Assembly: GCA_963819815.1 (NCBI GenBank) | Contig: CAWFXL010000001.1 | Location: 832,001-896,000, forward strand | Origin: an uncultured bacterium | GTDB taxonomy: Bacteria; Babelota; Babeliae; Babelales; Babelaceae | Reading direction: 5' to 3' | Length of the DNA stretch: 64,000 nt | Part shown: positions 18,694-28,956 of the stretch, one piece after another | Layout: each line of letters opens with the position of its first letter | How positions within the stretch are numbered: position 1 is the first letter of the stretch | Made by a program: the position numbers and the translations under genes | Notes under the pieces: model-generated | Seen by the model: only the letters and a program-made list of their open reading frames with translations | Database searches by the model: none | What the model was told of the DNA's origin: nothing

Positions 18694-19383
18694 ATGACCA
18701 ATGAACTTATTTTCTTAGGATCTATTTTCGCAGTAAGCACCGCAGCTCTCACCGCATTACGGCTCGGAAGGGACTATCTTATAGGCCTCATAAGTACCCT
18801 AGCAGTCGTTGTTAATCTCTTTGTCATTAAGCAGATTACGCTCTTTGGATTTACCGCTACTGCCTCCGACGCGCTAGCAGTAGGTATCACTCTGAGCTTA
18901 AATCTCATGCAAGAGTATTATGGTAAACCCTCTGCACTACAAGCTATCTGGGTGGGATTCTTTTGCGCACTTTTTTATTGCCTCATGAGCCTGCTCCATC
19001 TTGCCTATATACCCGCTTTACTAGATGTAAGCTCTGTGCATTATGAAGCACTTCTTTCGATGATGCCACGAACCATTATCGCTTCTTTGACGGTATATCT
19101 TATAGTGCAGTATATCGATGCACAGCTGTATGGCTTTATGAAAAGAAGATTTGAGGGTCGCTTTTTCATACTGCGCAACTACAGTACCCTTGCATGCACC
19201 CAACTACTTGATACCGTACTCTTTAGCTTCCTTGGGCTCTATAAACTAAACGCCGCCTATAGCTCCCTGAGCGTCCTTGGTGAAATTATTCTGGTCAGTA
19301 CCCTGATTAAACTTACCGTCATCCTGATCGCAGTTCCCTATGTACGACTTGCTAAAACCTTTTACCCGGTACCTACCTCATGA
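18694..19383 (+). CDS. yhhQ: Queuosine-precursor transporter (YhhQ/Vut_1 family)
   Basis: NLFVIKQI, NLMQEYYG, PRTIIASL..QYID, RNYST..QLLDTVLF; overlaps the tgt start. Confidence 0.88.
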   Translation: MTNELIFLGSIFAVSTAALTALRLGRDYLIGLISTLAVVVNLFVIKQITLFGFTATASDALAVGITLSLNLMQEYYGKPSALQAIWVGFFCALFYCLMSLLHLAYIPALLDVSSVHYEALLSMMPRTIIASLTVYLIVQYIDAQLYGFMKRRFEGRFFILRNYSTLACTQLLDTVLFSFLGLYKLNAAYSSLSVLGEIILVSTLIKLTVILIAVPYVRLAKTFYPVPTS

Positions 19384-20513
19384 GTTACTTTAGCTTTGAA
19401 GTTCTTCATGCCTCAAAAAAATCTCAAGCTCGTGTAGGGAGAATCCATACTCCTCATGGGATCATCGATACACCAAACTTTGTAGCCGTGGGTACCAATG
19501 GAACTCTCAAAGCTCTTGATAATGTGCAGGTTAACAAGCTTGGACTCCAGCTCATGTTTTGCAATACCTATCACCTGCTTGTTCATCCAGGAACCGATGT
19601 CATCAAATCAGCCGGAGGCCTCCATACCTATATCAATAGGCCCTATCCTATTATTACCGACTCAGGGGGGTTTCAAGTCTTTAGCTTAGCCTATGGTACC
19701 GTCAAAGAAGAATTAAAAAGCAAAGGCTTGAATCGCCATGCTGAAGCCGTTATTAAGATATCAGAAGAAGGAGTTCTCTTTAGATCCTATCGTGATGGGA
19801 GCCCCATTTTGCTTACTCCTGAATCATCAATTAAAGCCCAAAAAGCTCTCGGTGCCGATATTATTATTCCCTTTGACGAACTACCACCCTATCACATTGA
19901 TCCTAAAAAGCTGAAACAGTCTCTTGATCGGACACATCGTTGGGAAGAGCGCTCTCTTATGGAGCACCGCAAAGATCCACAGCAACAAGCTATCTATGCT
20001 GTCGTGCATGGCGGAGTCGATAAAGTATTGCGCACCTTAAGCTGCCAAGTACTTTCAGATCTCCCCTTCGATGGCTATGCTATCGGAGGCAGTGTCGGCA
20101 AAAATAGACAGGAAATGGTAGAGATGCTTACCCATACCGTTCCTCAGTTACCTAAAAATCTACCGAATCATCTCTTAGGGATCGCCGACCTACCCTCAAT
20201 AGATGAGATTGTAAAACTTGGAATCGATACATTCGATAGCTCATATCCTACGAGGAGCGCACGCCATGGCTCAGTTTTTGTTAGCAACGGCCAGCAACTT
20301 AAGCTTCTGCAAACAAAGTATAAAGACTTTCATGAACCGATTGAAAGAACGTGCGAATGTTATACCTGTCTTAACTATACCATTTCCTACATTCATCATC
20401 TTTATAAAGCAAAAGAGCTTGCAGGACTTACTCTTGCAACGCTGCATAATGTACATTTTATGATACAGTTGATGAAGAACTATCAAGAAGCTATTTTAAA
20501 CGATGAGCTCTAA
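19380..20513 (+). CDS. tgt: tRNA-guanine transglycosylase
   Basis: NTYHL, TDSGGFQ, HLLGI, FDSSYPTR; Zn site CECYTC..H. Confidence 0.96.
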   Translation: MSYFSFEVLHASKKSQARVGRIHTPHGIIDTPNFVAVGTNGTLKALDNVQVNKLGLQLMFCNTYHLLVHPGTDVIKSAGGLHTYINRPYPIITDSGGFQVFSLAYGTVKEELKSKGLNRHAEAVIKISEEGVLFRSYRDGSPILLTPESSIKAQKALGADIIIPFDELPPYHIDPKKLKQSLDRTHRWEERSLMEHRKDPQQQAIYAVVHGGVDKVLRTLSCQVLSDLPFDGYAIGGSVGKNRQEMVEMLTHTVPQLPKNLPNHLLGIADLPSIDEIVKLGIDTFDSSYPTRSARHGSVFVSNGQQLKLLQTKYKDFHEPIERTCECYTCLNYTISYIHHLYKAKELAGLTLATLHNVHFMIQLMKNYQEAILNDEL

Positions 20514-21269
20514 ATGACCTATAAAAAGATTTCCTCAGCTACTAACCCCGTTATTAAGGCCATCGTAAAGCTCCATACCGCCTCAGAGCGTAAGAAAAGA
20601 GGCCTATTTATTATAGAAGGACAACGAGCCCTAAGCACGGCACTTACGAAGCTACCTCCTGAAGCTCTCTACTGCACTGAAAAAATGCTCCCCCAAGCAG
20701 AAAAGCTCATCCAAAATGGTGAGATCTTCCTCGTAACTGATAGCATCATGAAAAAGATCAGCACAACTAGTTCACCGAGCGGTCTCCTTGCTATCGTTCC
20801 TATTCCTCAAGAACCTTCTCCTGAGAAGCTTGGTCCTGGCTTAGTACTTGCTGACATTACCGATCCGGGTAATATGGGGACCCTCCTACGTACGGCAGTC
20901 GCCTGTAAGGTGTCATCAGTCATTATCATCGGAGGTTGTGATCCCTGGTCACCCAAGGTAGTACAGGCCACAGCAGGAACGAGTGTGCAACTCACTATCT
21001 TTGACTGGAGCTGGGAACAGCTCATCTCCCTAAAAAAATCACTCATTCTCTATGGGCTTGTCGTGCATGGTGGGCAGCCTCCACAGGAGATAGATCCTAC
21101 CAAAGCATTGCTCATTATCGGTAATGAAGCTCGGGGCATACCCCAACAATGGCTTGAGCAATGCAATGCTCAGATTACCCTCCCAATGCCAGGAGGTGCT
21201 GAAAGTCTTAATGCCGCGGTAGCGGGATCTATTGCAACCTATCTCACCTTTGTGCAACCCGCTGGGTAG
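20514..21269 (+). CDS. TrmH/SpoU-family RNA methyltransferase
   Basis: DPGNMGTLLRTA, IGNEARG, ESLNAAVA. Confidence 0.93.
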   Translation: MTYKKISSATNPVIKAIVKLHTASERKKRGLFIIEGQRALSTALTKLPPEALYCTEKMLPQAEKLIQNGEIFLVTDSIMKKISTTSSPSGLLAIVPIPQEPSPEKLGPGLVLADITDPGNMGTLLRTAVACKVSSVIIIGGCDPWSPKVVQATAGTSVQLTIFDWSWEQLISLKKSLILYGLVVHGGQPPQEIDPTKALLIIGNEARGIPQQWLEQCNAQITLPMPGGAESLNAAVAGSIATYLTFVQPAG

Positions 21270-21402
21270 CTAGGCAAAAAAGAACAAAAAAACTCTCTAA
21301 AAAAGTCCTTAAACTCTTGCAATCATAGTTTGCACTAGAGTAATCTGACAGTAAACGGGAAGAAAGCCCGTAAAATCAGTTTTGATAAAGGGGAGAAAAC
21401 AT

Positions 21403-22222
21403 ATGAAGTTCTTAGTAAAATCTCTAGGGTTACTACTAACCCTTACCGTACTTGCACCTGCGTTAGCAAAATCGGAAAAGTGTCACGATAAAGAAGAAAT
21501 TGTAAAATATGTCCAAGGTGGTGCCGCTCCAGGTGGCAATGGCAGCAGAAAACATCCTTTTGCATTACTTGCAGACGCACAAAGTGCTTCATGGGATGTA
21601 CTTATTGTCCTCTCATGGCACCTTCTATAATACAAGTACAGGCAGTTCTTCTGCAGTAGAGCTCAGTACTCTAGAAGGAAATACCTTTAATGGTTCAACA
21701 GGCTTCGTAGTTGAATCACCTCCTGCTGGTGTTGCATGGAAGTTATTGAATATTACTGCGGAAGATAATTGTTTCAATGGAGGCAACGCTGCAGGAAGTA
21801 ATGCTTTTCTTGTTCAGTCAAGAAACAGTGGGAATATTGTCATTAACGCCCATGAAAACTCATTTTCAGAATTCTCTGTTGATATTGTTGATCAAGGGAC
21901 CAACACAAACTATCTTGTAAGCAAGAACTTTTGGGGCACCCCTACTGTTTCATGTACAAGTACAAGCATGTGCGGCAAATACCAAGTCTGTAAGAAGAAT
22001 TCTTGCTTTGGCCCAACAGTAACGACAACTGGCACGGCCTTCATAGATGCCAGCAACCCTCTTTTATCCTCTATTAAATGTCCTCCTAACTGCTCTGATT
22101 CACCTTTTACCGCATCAAACCCTCCCTTAGAAAGAATCAAGCTTTCTAGTGAAGAGATGCTTCAAATGATTGAAAGCAATAAAGCTCGGCTTCAGTTCGT
22201 TGAGGCTGATAAGGCTTCTTAA
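21403..22222 (+). pseudogene. Beta-helix family paralog A, internally deleted (about 1 kb) and out of frame
   Basis: The N-terminus (..WDVLIVLS) is joined near 21617 to the C-terminal part (GTFY..NFWGTP) of the family in another frame. Confidence 0.8.
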
Positions 22223-22230
22223 AAACTGTA

Positions 22231-22272
22231 TCAGTCCTACCTATGACGCCAGAAACTCATAGGTAGGACTGA
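22231..22272. repeat. 3' palindrome, copy 1 (16-bp stem)
   Basis: TCAGTCCTACCTATGA-10 nt-TCATAGGTAGGACTGA. Confidence 0.9.
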
Positions 22273-22542
22273 CAACGTTAATTAGCAGAATTTCTTTAGA
22301 TATACATTCTTCCTGCATCCCAGCGCTGTAAAGAGCACATAGTCTTCTATCAATCCCACAATGATGACGACCCCCGCGTAGCTTACCCTTTTACATCAAA
22401 GCATTAGGCGCTGATAGTATTTATTATACCCTTGAATGAAGTGCCTATCACTTACTCTTGCAATCTTAATTTTCAATCGGATATAGTAGAAGTAACTGGG
22501 TAGTAAGCTCAGGAAATCAATTGTATAAAGGGGAGAAAACAT

Positions 22543-24390
22543 ATGAAATTATCATCCAAATCTTTAGTCTTGCTGCTAGCCTTTACCGTACTTGCACCTG
22601 TGTTAGCAAAATCGGAAAATGGTCACGAAGTTGTCAAATATGTGCAAGGCGGTGCCACCCCAGGTGGCAACGGCAGCAAAAAGCGTCCATTTTCAACACT
22701 TGCAGATGCAGAGCAACATAGCTGGGATGTACTTTTTGTCCTTTCATCACCATTAGACCTTGATGGAGGTATCACCCTCAAGCCAGGACAAAAACTTGTT
22801 GGTGAGGAAGATCCAACCGGTATAGCCGTATCGCCTACACAACCTACTATTATAAACACGGGTACTACTAATGGTGGAAATGGGGTTGTTGTTACTGGTG
22901 ATGCTACTATTAAGAACATCTTTATTAACGATACTAATAATAGTGGGATCAATACTGATCAAGCAGAAAATCTTACTGTGCAAAATGTCCGCATTACCGG
23001 TTTTAATCAAAATCCAGCTCTTAGATCATCGGGAATAAGCGGATTTGAACAAAAATCAGGAAAAACTCATCTCGAAAGGGTTATTATCAGCAATTCGAGC
23101 GGGAGGGGAATTGAGGGTATTCAAGAAAGTCTCTCATCAAATGGTATCCATAGGAAATTATCACTATGCAATTGTGAATTTACTCAACTCCATAGAGGCG
23201 TCTTTACCCAACTTGTAAATCCCGATACGTCATCTATCGTAGTGATTGAAAATTCATATTTTCATGACTTTTTTGCAAATGGCAATGGCATTGAATCTGT
23301 TCACCTTAATAACAGTCAACAAACTATGCTCGTAAAGAATTCAATATTTCATAACGTTGGTGTTGGCAATGGGAATGCACTATTGCTCCTACCACAACAG
23401 AATTCCCAGCTAAAACTGAAAGTTGATTCATGCTCATTTGAAGAAACCCTAACACCCAATTTAGTAGACGGGGTAATTGTACAGAGTTCTGAGAGTTCAA
23501 CTAGCACAACTTGTGTAATAAATTCAACCTTTAATAATACCAATTATGCCATACAGCCCGTTAGTTCTGGTACCTCTTCTAACAAAACGGTTGTGGAATA
23601 TTCAACATTTAATAATACCCCATTTGCAATACAACCCAATAGTAATGACACTTCTTTTACGGAAACGATTGTAACATGCTCACTAGGTAACAACGTTGGA
23701 GATTTCTTCAACCCATTCTTATCTGGCGGTCAACAAAAGAACAACATTTGCGGAAACACGGTTACCGGTGGTACCTTCTATAAAACTGGTACAGACGGAG
23801 CTACGGCAGAGCAAAGTTTTATCGAGGGAAATATCTTTAATGGCTCAACAGGCTTTCTAGTTCAATCATCTCCGGCTGGTATTGCATGGAAGCTGTTGGA
23901 AATAAACGCGAATCATAATTGTTTCAATGGAGGCAATGCCACTGGTAGTATTGCTTTTAATGTTCAGTCGGGTAATCGCGGTAGTATAGCAATTAGAGCC
24001 CATGAAAACTCATTTGCGGGCTTCTTAAGCGATATTACAGATGGTGGAAGCAGTGCAAGCTATCTAGTAAGCAAGAACTTCTGGGGTACCCCTACTGTTG
24101 CATGTACAAGTACAAGCATGTGTGGCAAGTACCAAGTCTGTGAGAATGGTTTTTGCTTTGGCCCAACGACTAACCTTACAATTCCAGGTTTCACAGGCTT
24201 TATAGATGCAAGCAATCCGCTTTCAACTTCAATTAACTGTCCTTCAAGCTGTTGCCCTTCACAGTCTGGCACACTAACCTCCCTTCCACAGACTATCAAG
24301 CTCTCTGCTGAAGAGATGCGTAAAATGCTTGAAAAGAAGAAAGCTGTTCCAGCACACTATCAACCAACTGAAACAGTTCAGATTCCTTAA
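22543..24390 (+). CDS. Secreted right-handed beta-helix (pectin-lyase-like fold) protein, paralog B
   Basis: Signal peptide; YVQGGATPGGNGSKKRPFSTL cap; Asn-ladder repeats; NFWGTP plus Cys-rich C-terminus. Confidence 0.8.
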   Translation: MKLSSKSLVLLLAFTVLAPVLAKSENGHEVVKYVQGGATPGGNGSKKRPFSTLADAEQHSWDVLFVLSSPLDLDGGITLKPGQKLVGEEDPTGIAVSPTQPTIINTGTTNGGNGVVVTGDATIKNIFINDTNNSGINTDQAENLTVQNVRITGFNQNPALRSSGISGFEQKSGKTHLERVIISNSSGRGIEGIQESLSSNGIHRKLSLCNCEFTQLHRGVFTQLVNPDTSSIVVIENSYFHDFFANGNGIESVHLNNSQQTMLVKNSIFHNVGVGNGNALLLLPQQNSQLKLKVDSCSFEETLTPNLVDGVIVQSSESSTSTTCVINSTFNNTNYAIQPVSSGTSSNKTVVEYSTFNNTPFAIQPNSNDTSFTETIVTCSLGNNVGDFFNPFLSGGQQKNNICGNTVTGGTFYKTGTDGATAEQSFIEGNIFNGSTGFLVQSSPAGIAWKLLEINANHNCFNGGNATGSIAFNVQSGNRGSIAIRAHENSFAGFLSDITDGGSSASYLVSKNFWGTPTVACTSTSMCGKYQVCENGFCFGPTTNLTIPGFTGFIDASNPLSTSINCPSSCCPSQSGTLTSLPQTIKLSAEEMRKMLEKKKAVPAHYQPTETVQIP

Positions 24391-24402
24391 GAGGCTGTCT
24401 TT

Positions 24403-24438
24403 CTCCTGCCTATGATATATAAATATCATAGGCAGGAG
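24403..24438. repeat. 3' palindrome, copy 2
   Basis: CTCCTGCCTATGATAT-ATAA-ATATCATAGGCAGGAG. Confidence 0.9.
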
Positions 24439-24760
24439 CTGATCCTGGTGAAATCAGAGGTGCGTTGTATCGATTATATGCGATGCTACCAGATCTAACA
24501 GAGAATTTAAACAGAAAAGAGCTTGATCTTTCGCATTTCCCATAGCACCTAAGCCTTAATTTGAAGCATCAGATGCCACCATTCAGACAGAGCATCTCCA
24601 ACAAAGCAATGTAACCTATATGCCCTTTTCCTCGATTGAATTGATTAAAAGGGCATAATAAGATTCCAAAGTCCGCCCCCCTGATGATACCTTGCAAACA
24701 ACTAGGCATCTTCGATCGGTTGTATTAGACTACAAAAAAGATGTACTTGGAAAGGCGCAG

Positions 24761-26080
24761 ATGTCCAGACATAAAATCTCCTTGTTCGCGGCTATATTTA
24801 TTAACATTAATATTATGTTAGGTACCGGTTTTTTCATAAATACCGTCGTGCTTACAAAAGAAGCAGGAAGCCTTTCTCCTGTCGTCTATCTGTTGGTAGC
24901 TACTTTATTACTCCCCTTAATTATGACCATGGCCACCCTTATTAGGCAAACACCCCATTCGGGAACCTTTTATGATTTTGGACGACATATAAGCCCCTTC
25001 TTTGGATTTCTGACAAGCTGGGCATACTTTACCGCAAAGCTTACCTCAACCGCTCTTGGAATTCACGTATGTCTTTCTTTTATACAAAAAATCATTCCCC
25101 TACTTCAGACATTTCCCATCCTAGTACTCGATGTGGTTGCCATCATACTTTTCACTCTCTTAAATCTCCTTAACTTGCGCATCGGCAAACAGATACAATT
25201 TGCATTCATCTGCCTCAAAGTTATTCCGATTATCTTTGTGATACTTAGCGGGCTCTATCTTTTCAACGGTGCTTACTTTACCCCTGATACCTTTATTATC
25301 TCTGGAGTCCCGCTTACGGTGCCTCTCGTGCTGTACGTCTTTACCGGATTTGAGGCGAGTTGTTCACTCAGTTCTCATATCATTGACTCTGAACGAAATG
25401 GACCACGTGCTATCTTTATTTCGTACGGAATAGCCGTGGCAATCGTCTTTCTCTATCAACTCTTTTTCTATGGAAGTTTAGGTATGTATTTAGGTACCCT
25501 TGCAGGAGGCTACTTAGACATGTTCCCTGAGCTCTTCAACACACTTGCTCACCATGGAATAGCTATTAAGAAAAGTGCTCTCTCACTTTTTTATCTTGCT
25601 ATCGCTTCATCTTCCTTGGGAAGTGCCTATGGCATTATGTTTAGCAACTGTTGGAATCTTTATACCCTTGCATCGCATAACCATACCTTCGGGAAAAATC
25701 TCTTCACCTCGCTCAATAAGCACGGCGTTCCCTTCGCAAGCGTTATCACTGAGGGCCTTCTTGCAATTATCTATCTTCTGATCACCCAAGGGTACCAGAT
25801 CCCCTTACAGCAAGTATCAAGCCTCGGCGCTACGATCGCGTATACCTTTAGCTCGATTGCACTCTTAGTACTTCTTTCAAGAAAGAAAAATTCTTTGATT
25901 ATACCGATCCTAAGCCTCATAAGTTGCTCACTCTTGATTAGTTCATTTATATGGACTGTAACCGTACAAGGGCCAACCATCATGCTTCTGGTATTTCTAG
26001 GATTGCTTATCTTTGGAAGCTTTATGTTCTATAGAAAGCATCTTCTTGAAAGACCGGAAAACCTCTTTGAAAAGATCTAA
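24761..26080 (+). CDS. APC-family amino acid permease
   Basis: INIMLGTGFFIN, SGTFYDF, FTGFE; about 12 TM segments. Confidence 0.9.
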   Translation: MSRHKISLFAAIFININIMLGTGFFINTVVLTKEAGSLSPVVYLLVATLLLPLIMTMATLIRQTPHSGTFYDFGRHISPFFGFLTSWAYFTAKLTSTALGIHVCLSFIQKIIPLLQTFPILVLDVVAIILFTLLNLLNLRIGKQIQFAFICLKVIPIIFVILSGLYLFNGAYFTPDTFIISGVPLTVPLVLYVFTGFEASCSLSSHIIDSERNGPRAIFISYGIAVAIVFLYQLFFYGSLGMYLGTLAGGYLDMFPELFNTLAHHGIAIKKSALSLFYLAIASSSLGSAYGIMFSNCWNLYTLASHNHTFGKNLFTSLNKHGVPFASVITEGLLAIIYLLITQGYQIPLQQVSSLGATIAYTFSSIALLVLLSRKKNSLIIPILSLISCSLLISSFIWTVTVQGPTIMLLVFLGLLIFGSFMFYRKHLLERPENLFEKI

Positions 26081-27183
26081 CGGGCTAGAAGAGTGCTCAG
26101 CGCAATAACACATAAAAGCCCAGTAATGATACCAAAGCGGGTCGTAATATGTGTCTCAGGCCATCCTGCTAATTCAAAATGATGATGAATAGGAGCCATC
26201 TTAAAGAGGCGCCTTTTTAAGAATTTATACGAGGCTACTTGCAGCATCACAGAAACCGTCTCTGCAACAAATACCCCGCCGGTAATAGCTAGAAGCAATT
26301 CTTGACGCGCCATTAAAGCCATTAACGCTAATCCACTTCCCAAAGCTAACGAACCAACGTCACCCATAAATACCTGTGCAGGATAAGCGTTATACCACAA
26401 AAATCCTAATGAGGCACCGACTAATATACCCCCTATGAGAGCAATCTCAGAGGTGTGCACATATGATATGGAAAGCTGCTGAGCATAGACATAAGAGCCA
26501 GAAAGATAACATATCACTGCAAAGGTGCCATAGTTAGTAAGCAACGAACCTATTGCAAGCCCGTCAAGACCATCGGTTAGGTTAACAGCATTACTTGTTC
26601 CAATGAGAATGTAGGTTGCCCAAGGAATAAGAAATAACCCCAGAGAAATCTGCAAAGAAGGTACCAGAGGAATTGAAATCTCTGTAGAGGGAGTAAGCAC
26701 CAGATACCACAGCACTGTTACAAGCAATCCTACAAGTATTTGGGCAAGAAACTTATGCTTTTCCTTTATCCCTTTTTTGAAACGGATTTTCATGACATCG
26801 TCCCAGAAACCGATAGCTCCATAGCCTGCTAAGCAGCCCATGAAAATCCATACTTCTGGGCGGGTAAGATCGCACCACAGAAAAGTAGTTGCAAACACAG
26901 AACCAAGAACAAAAAGGCCTCCCATAGTCGGAGTATCATTTTTTGCCTGGTGCGATTGGGGAGTATCCTCCCGTACCTGTGAACGGAAACGTGCAGATTC
27001 TTTAATAAACCAGGCTCCTCCTAGGAGTGACAGTAGAAAGCCTGTACCTAGCCCTAAAAGCGTTCGAAGAAGAACAGAATGGAAAACACTAAAAAAAGGC
27101 ACAGAGTACGTTAGCCACTGAAAACCATGATACAGCATAGATCCTCGCTCAAATCTATCAAAAATTTGTGCCCAGTCTAGCAT
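26077..27183 (-). CDS. mraY: Phospho-N-acetylmuramoyl-pentapeptide transferase
   Basis: TPTMGG, GFWDD, NAVNLTDGLDGL, FMGDVGS, MAPIHHHFE. The start may be 27138. Confidence 0.96.
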   Translation of the reverse strand: MLDWAQIFDRFERGSMLYHGFQWLTYSVPFFSVFHSVLLRTLLGLGTGFLLSLLGGAWFIKESARFRSQVREDTPQSHQAKNDTPTMGGLFVLGSVFATTFLWCDLTRPEVWIFMGCLAGYGAIGFWDDVMKIRFKKGIKEKHKFLAQILVGLLVTVLWYLVLTPSTEISIPLVPSLQISLGLFLIPWATYILIGTSNAVNLTDGLDGLAIGSLLTNYGTFAVICYLSGSYVYAQQLSISYVHTSEIALIGGILVGASLGFLWYNAYPAQVFMGDVGSLALGSGLALMALMARQELLLAITGGVFVAETVSVMLQVASYKFLKRRLFKMAPIHHHFELAGWPETHITTRFGIITGLLCVIALSTLLAR

Positions 27184-27275
27184 AATATCGGCCCTTTTGA
27201 CAGGTGTACTCTTGAAAACTTACAATAATAGTATAATCACAGAATAACTCGAAATAAGAACAAGAAGGAAATTGT

Positions 27276-27839
27276 ATGAAATATCTAGTACTACTCGTAG
27301 CCACATCAAGTATGATGATGCCATTCCTGCATGCAGGAAAACCTCACTACAAGTCTGCTCCTGCACTTATGAAAGATTTCATGAATCTTTCGGTGCAAAC
27401 GGACAAAAACTTTGAGTTTTGGATAGAAGAGCTGAGGCACCATGCGCCAAATAAAGAGAAGTTCGCCGCTTTTGAAAAGCAGTTACGTAAAAGCCTTGAG
27501 AATAAACAGGATCCATTGAACGTATTTAATGAGCATAAAGGTCTTTTTAACCAAACAACCCAAATAGAGCTTTTAAAGCTCGGACTACCAAAGTTAAAAG
27601 CTGCATTTAAAGCTCGACTTGCACTGCATCGCCGTCTTCCTGCAGTCCCAAAGGAAGCAAATCCCGAACTTCAGCGTTGGCTCCTACTTATGAGGATGAT
27701 ACGGCATCATTATATACCTACTCAAGGTGATGCCCTAAACAGCACACCCCAGAAGCTACCCGTGTGGCTTGAAGGCAGCTATCCGATATTTTTCGCAGCA
27801 TACCAGCTACAACAAAAGAACCATGGGACCTCTTCCTAA
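27276..27839 (+). CDS. Secreted hypothetical protein
   Basis: Signal peptide; shares LMKDF..LSV...K....W...L with the next gene. Confidence 0.75.
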   Translation: MKYLVLLVATSSMMMPFLHAGKPHYKSAPALMKDFMNLSVQTDKNFEFWIEELRHHAPNKEKFAAFEKQLRKSLENKQDPLNVFNEHKGLFNQTTQIELLKLGLPKLKAAFKARLALHRRLPAVPKEANPELQRWLLLMRMIRHHYIPTQGDALNSTPQKLPVWLEGSYPIFFAAYQLQQKNHGTSS

Positions 27840-27938
27840 CCTTTTGACATCCCCTCTAGCTGTTATACACTAGAGGCTAGATAGACTGGGAAGAAAAACC
27901 TAATCTTCTCTTCCCCCTACCATTAAGGAAATATTTCT

Positions 27939-28421
27939 ATGAATGACCTACTGAAAAGAAACCTAACCCTCTGTACTCTGACTCTTCTTATAAGTGTGCC
28001 ACTTTCTTTGAAAGCTGTTACTAACCCTTTACGTTCAAGTTCAACTGATTTGGTATCTGCTCCTGTTGACCTTGTACCTATGAGTGAAGAGAAACTAGAT
28101 TATGAGAATGCATTTCAACTCATGAAAGACTTTCTCGATCTTTCGGTAAAACCAGAAAAATCGATGAACTATTGGGTAAAGCAACTTATGGGCCTCATCA
28201 AGAAAAAAGGGGATGACAAGGTCGAATCTCTTAAACCTTTTTTAAAAGAGTTCAATACCGCTCTGAGAAGTCGCCAACCAGCACTTATCGGTTTAGCATT
28301 TAAGAATCACAAAGAAAGATTTGGCGAACCTGCGCTCACCAAGCATGTTAAAGATATGCTTAACCAACCAAATGGTCTCACCAAAATTACCACTATTCTC
28401 CAAGCACGACTCCAAAAATAA
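27939..28421 (+). CDS. Secreted hypothetical protein, paralog of 27276
   Basis: Signal peptide; LMKDFLDLSVKPEKSMNYWVKQL. Confidence 0.75.
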   Translation: MNDLLKRNLTLCTLTLLISVPLSLKAVTNPLRSSSTDLVSAPVDLVPMSEEKLDYENAFQLMKDFLDLSVKPEKSMNYWVKQLMGLIKKKGDDKVESLKPFLKEFNTALRSRQPALIGLAFKNHKERFGEPALTKHVKDMLNQPNGLTKITTILQARLQK

Positions 28422-28423
28422 CT

Positions 28424-28458
28424 GATAGCCCTAGCTAAAAAAGCCGGGGCTATTATTT
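28424..28458 (+). terminator. Probable terminator
   Basis: ATAGCCCTAGCT..AGCCGGGGCTAT followed by TATTT. Confidence 0.55.
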
Positions 28459-28630
28459 CTCTTGCTCTGTTGATTCTCAACCAGGTTATACAATCCAATG
28501 CATTCTTTGTGCCTTAATCGGTAATCATTCAATTATAGAGAGTACAAGCAACTTTTACTGCTCTTTTTCATGAGACCTACATGCAAAAGAGCACCGGAAG
28601 ATCATTCCAGCGCCCTTTTTTAACTTGTTT

Positions 28631-28834
28631 TTAGTCCTTGGTTTCTTTTGCTTTTTGCTTAGGAGCTTGTTGAGCAGGCTTTTGCTGTTCTACAGGCTTC
28701 TGTTGCCCCTTCCCATATTTATTTTGAATATATTGATGTATCGGGTTAACGGGCTTGCCTTTTTCCATTGCGGACATCTGCACCATTATACAAGCAATGC
28801 TAGCCACTATAAGGCTTTTACCTACAAAATTCAT
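28631..28834 (-). CDS. Small secreted Gln/Lys-rich protein
   Basis: Signal peptide ..QMSA-ME; GGAG RBS. Confidence 0.6.
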   Translation of the reverse strand: MNFVGKSLIVASIACIMVQMSAMEKGKPVNPIHQYIQNKYGKGQQKPVEQQKPAQQAPKQKAKETKD

Positions 28835-28956
28835 AGTCGTTTCTCCAGTGAATTACTCTTATTATTGATTACTGTTATAATAGTAACATAATATTAAAAT
28901 TTATTCAATGTTTCAAATAGAAACAACTCGTCGAGACGTTCCTGGTACAGAGATCT

